A stretch of 64,000 nucleotides of DNA from Lentisphaeria bacterium (lineage in GTDB: Bacteria > Verrucomicrobiota > Lentisphaeria > JABSQK01 > JAWLHB01): contig JAWLHB010000033.1 of the NCBI GenBank assembly GCA_041690595.1, forward strand, positions 1 through 64,000. The letters run 5' to 3'. Of the stretch, positions 62,408-64,000 are shown one piece after another. The notes beneath the pieces were generated by a model. The model was not told the DNA's origin, made no database searches, and worked only from the letters and a program-made list of their open reading frames with translations. A program made the translations under genes and the position numbers. The number at the start of each line of letters is the position of its first letter. Position 1 is the stretch's first letter.

Positions 62408-64000
62408 ATGACCGCTCCTGCCCCCCTGCGTGTGGACATTCCCAAGGTCAGAGATCCCTTTGTCAATACCCCGCTGCTCCCCCTCGGCCCCGATTCCAAA
62501 GGTGTCGATCAGTTCTGGATCTCCACCTGGAACGCTGTCGACGGCACCACCGCGGTCCGCATCGGGACCGACGGCGATTACCGGCTCTACCACTTCACCC
62601 AACCACTCTATTGCGGCTTCTACAGCTGCGCCCCCGAGAGCCAGCGAAGCCTCTGGCTCTGCAACTGGCTGGATGGCGTCGTTCATCTCGACCTCGACAG
62701 TGGCGACTATGAAAGCTATCCCACCGGCGCCGAGCGGGCTCTGGTCTTTGCCGGCATGGTCCTCGATCCCCCCACCGGCAGACTCTTCGCGCTGGCAAAC
62801 GTCATGGGACATGGTCGCGCCGGCGGATGCGTAACCGCCTTCACCTTCGATACCCATACACGGCAGACCATCCAGTTGCACCGCGACTTCGCCCGCGATG
62901 TCTACATGCGCGCCAGCTTCCCCAATGGCGACGGCACCTGGACCCTACTTCTCAACATCCCCGGTCTGAGCCTGCTGCGTTGGGATCCCGTCGCCGACAC
63001 CCTCACCGTCCGCCGCCTGCGCGACCACATGCCCCATGCCGTGCATCATGACTACAGCCGCATCCTGCAGGACGACCGCTTTCGACTCTATATGCCGCAC
63101 GAAGGTTGGTTCGATCCAGCCGAACAGACGCTTACCCCACTCAGCACCCCCCTTCACCGGGAGGCAAGCTGGCTCGGCATCCGCGACGGCAACATGATCG
63201 GCGTACGGGCCAACCGACACGACCTCGCGCTCATCGCCAGAGATCTCCAGACTGGCCACGAGCGTCACCTCGCCGTCATCGACAATGCCACCCCCCACTG
63301 CGTCAGCCTCACCAGCGGCAACCAGGCCATCTGCGTCAACGTCTACGGATTCATGTCCCTCCATGACCTCGACGACGGCCACCTGATATGCTCTCGCCGT
63401 CTCCCGGTCGACGCCGTGCAGCACCCCGACTGCCTCCGCCGCATCGACAGCCGGCGCCTCCTTGGCACCCCCTTCATCACCCAGCGCTTCTGGGAAATCG
63501 ACCTCGAATCCGGCCGTGGCTACGACTGCGGAAGAGCCGCACCTGGATGGGGAGAGATCCTCCAGACCTGGCGCATCGGCGGCAGGATCTATATGGCCGA
63601 GTATGGCGGTGGACGCCTGGTCGAGTACGATCCTGCCGAGCATTCGCACTTCCCCGAAAATCCGCGCATCGTGGCCGAACCCACCCACGCCATGCGCCCC
63701 ATTGCCGCCGCAGATGACGGCCGGGTGCTCTGGTATGCCTGCAGTTCTCCCTATGGCACCCTCGGCTCGACCGTCGCACGGTATGACACCCAGACCGGCG
63801 CCGCACACCACCTCGTCAATCCCCTGCCCGAACACAAGATCTGCGCGCTCTGGTACGACGCCGATCGTGATCTGCTGGTCGCCTCCACCTCCATTTCCAG
63901 CGACTGCGACAGTGCCCCTCCTACCGCCGATCGCGCCTGCTGCGCACTCCTCGATCCCGCTACGCTGGAGGTCGTCGAACAGATTCCCGCCGCCGAAGGC
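62408..64000 (+). CDS. Partial beta-propeller-like hypothetical protein (runs off the window; absent from the ORF track)
   Basis: Read as open from ATG 62408: MTAPAPLRVDIPKVRDPF...LLRWDP...RLVEYDP...PENPR...YGTLGSTVARYD...; typical C-ending codons. Confidence 0.8.
   Translation, partial: MTAPAPLRVDIPKVRDPFVNTPLLPLGPDSKGVDQFWISTWNAVDGTTAVRIGTDGDYRLYHFTQPLYCGFYSCAPESQRSLWLCNWLDGVVHLDLDSGDYESYPTGAERALVFAGMVLDPPTGRLFALANVMGHGRAGGCVTAFTFDTHTRQTIQLHRDFARDVYMRASFPNGDGTWTLLLNIPGLSLLRWDPVADTLTVRRLRDHMPHAVHHDYSRILQDDRFRLYMPHEGWFDPAEQTLTPLSTPLHREASWLGIRDGNMIGVRANRHDLALIARDLQTGHERHLAVIDNATPHCVSLTSGNQAICVNVYGFMSLHDLDDGHLICSRRLPVDAVQHPDCLRRIDSRRLLGTPFITQRFWEIDLESGRGYDCGRAAPGWGEILQTWRIGGRIYMAEYGGGRLVEYDPAEHSHFPENPRIVAEPTHAMRPIAAADDGRVLWYACSSPYGTLGSTVARYDTQTGAAHHLVNPLPEHKICALWYDADRDLLVASTSISSDCDSAPPTADRACCALLDPATLEVVEQIPAAEG

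Overview
GC-rich bacterial chromosomal window, probably from a PVC-superphylum organism (Lentisphaerota-like; inferred from the Verru_Chthon-type pseudopilin cassette and DUF1570/H-X9-DG-like proteins). Housekeeping content: tRNA(CAT), rpsO, trpD, trpF, mtnP, a pabB-pabC fusion, argS and uvrA. Transporters: TAXI, TRAP DctPQM, an RND pair, EamA and KtrAB/TrkHA. Four accessory blocks stand out. (1) A four-gene minor-pilin cassette (5.3-11.5 kb) with Pro instead of Gly before the pilin Phe, an internal sigma-54 promoter, and a PilV-like protein carrying a duplicated uncharacterised domain. (2) A Wzm/Wzt glycan locus (37-45.8 kb) with a MurB paralog next to a pyruvyltransferase, a GT2-GT9 fusion and an apparently inactive GmhA fused to an HldC-type domain. 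(3) An archease-rtcB RNA-repair pair followed by a lower-GC array of orphan minus-strand genes (48.1-51.6 kb), punctuated by a family of 8/9-bp-period repeats and shared TTGACA motifs. (4) An output-less PocR-PAS sensor coupled to a hybrid kinase. A long ORF starting at 62408 runs off the window and is missing from the ORF track. All family calls come from motif recognition by eye; no database search was run.
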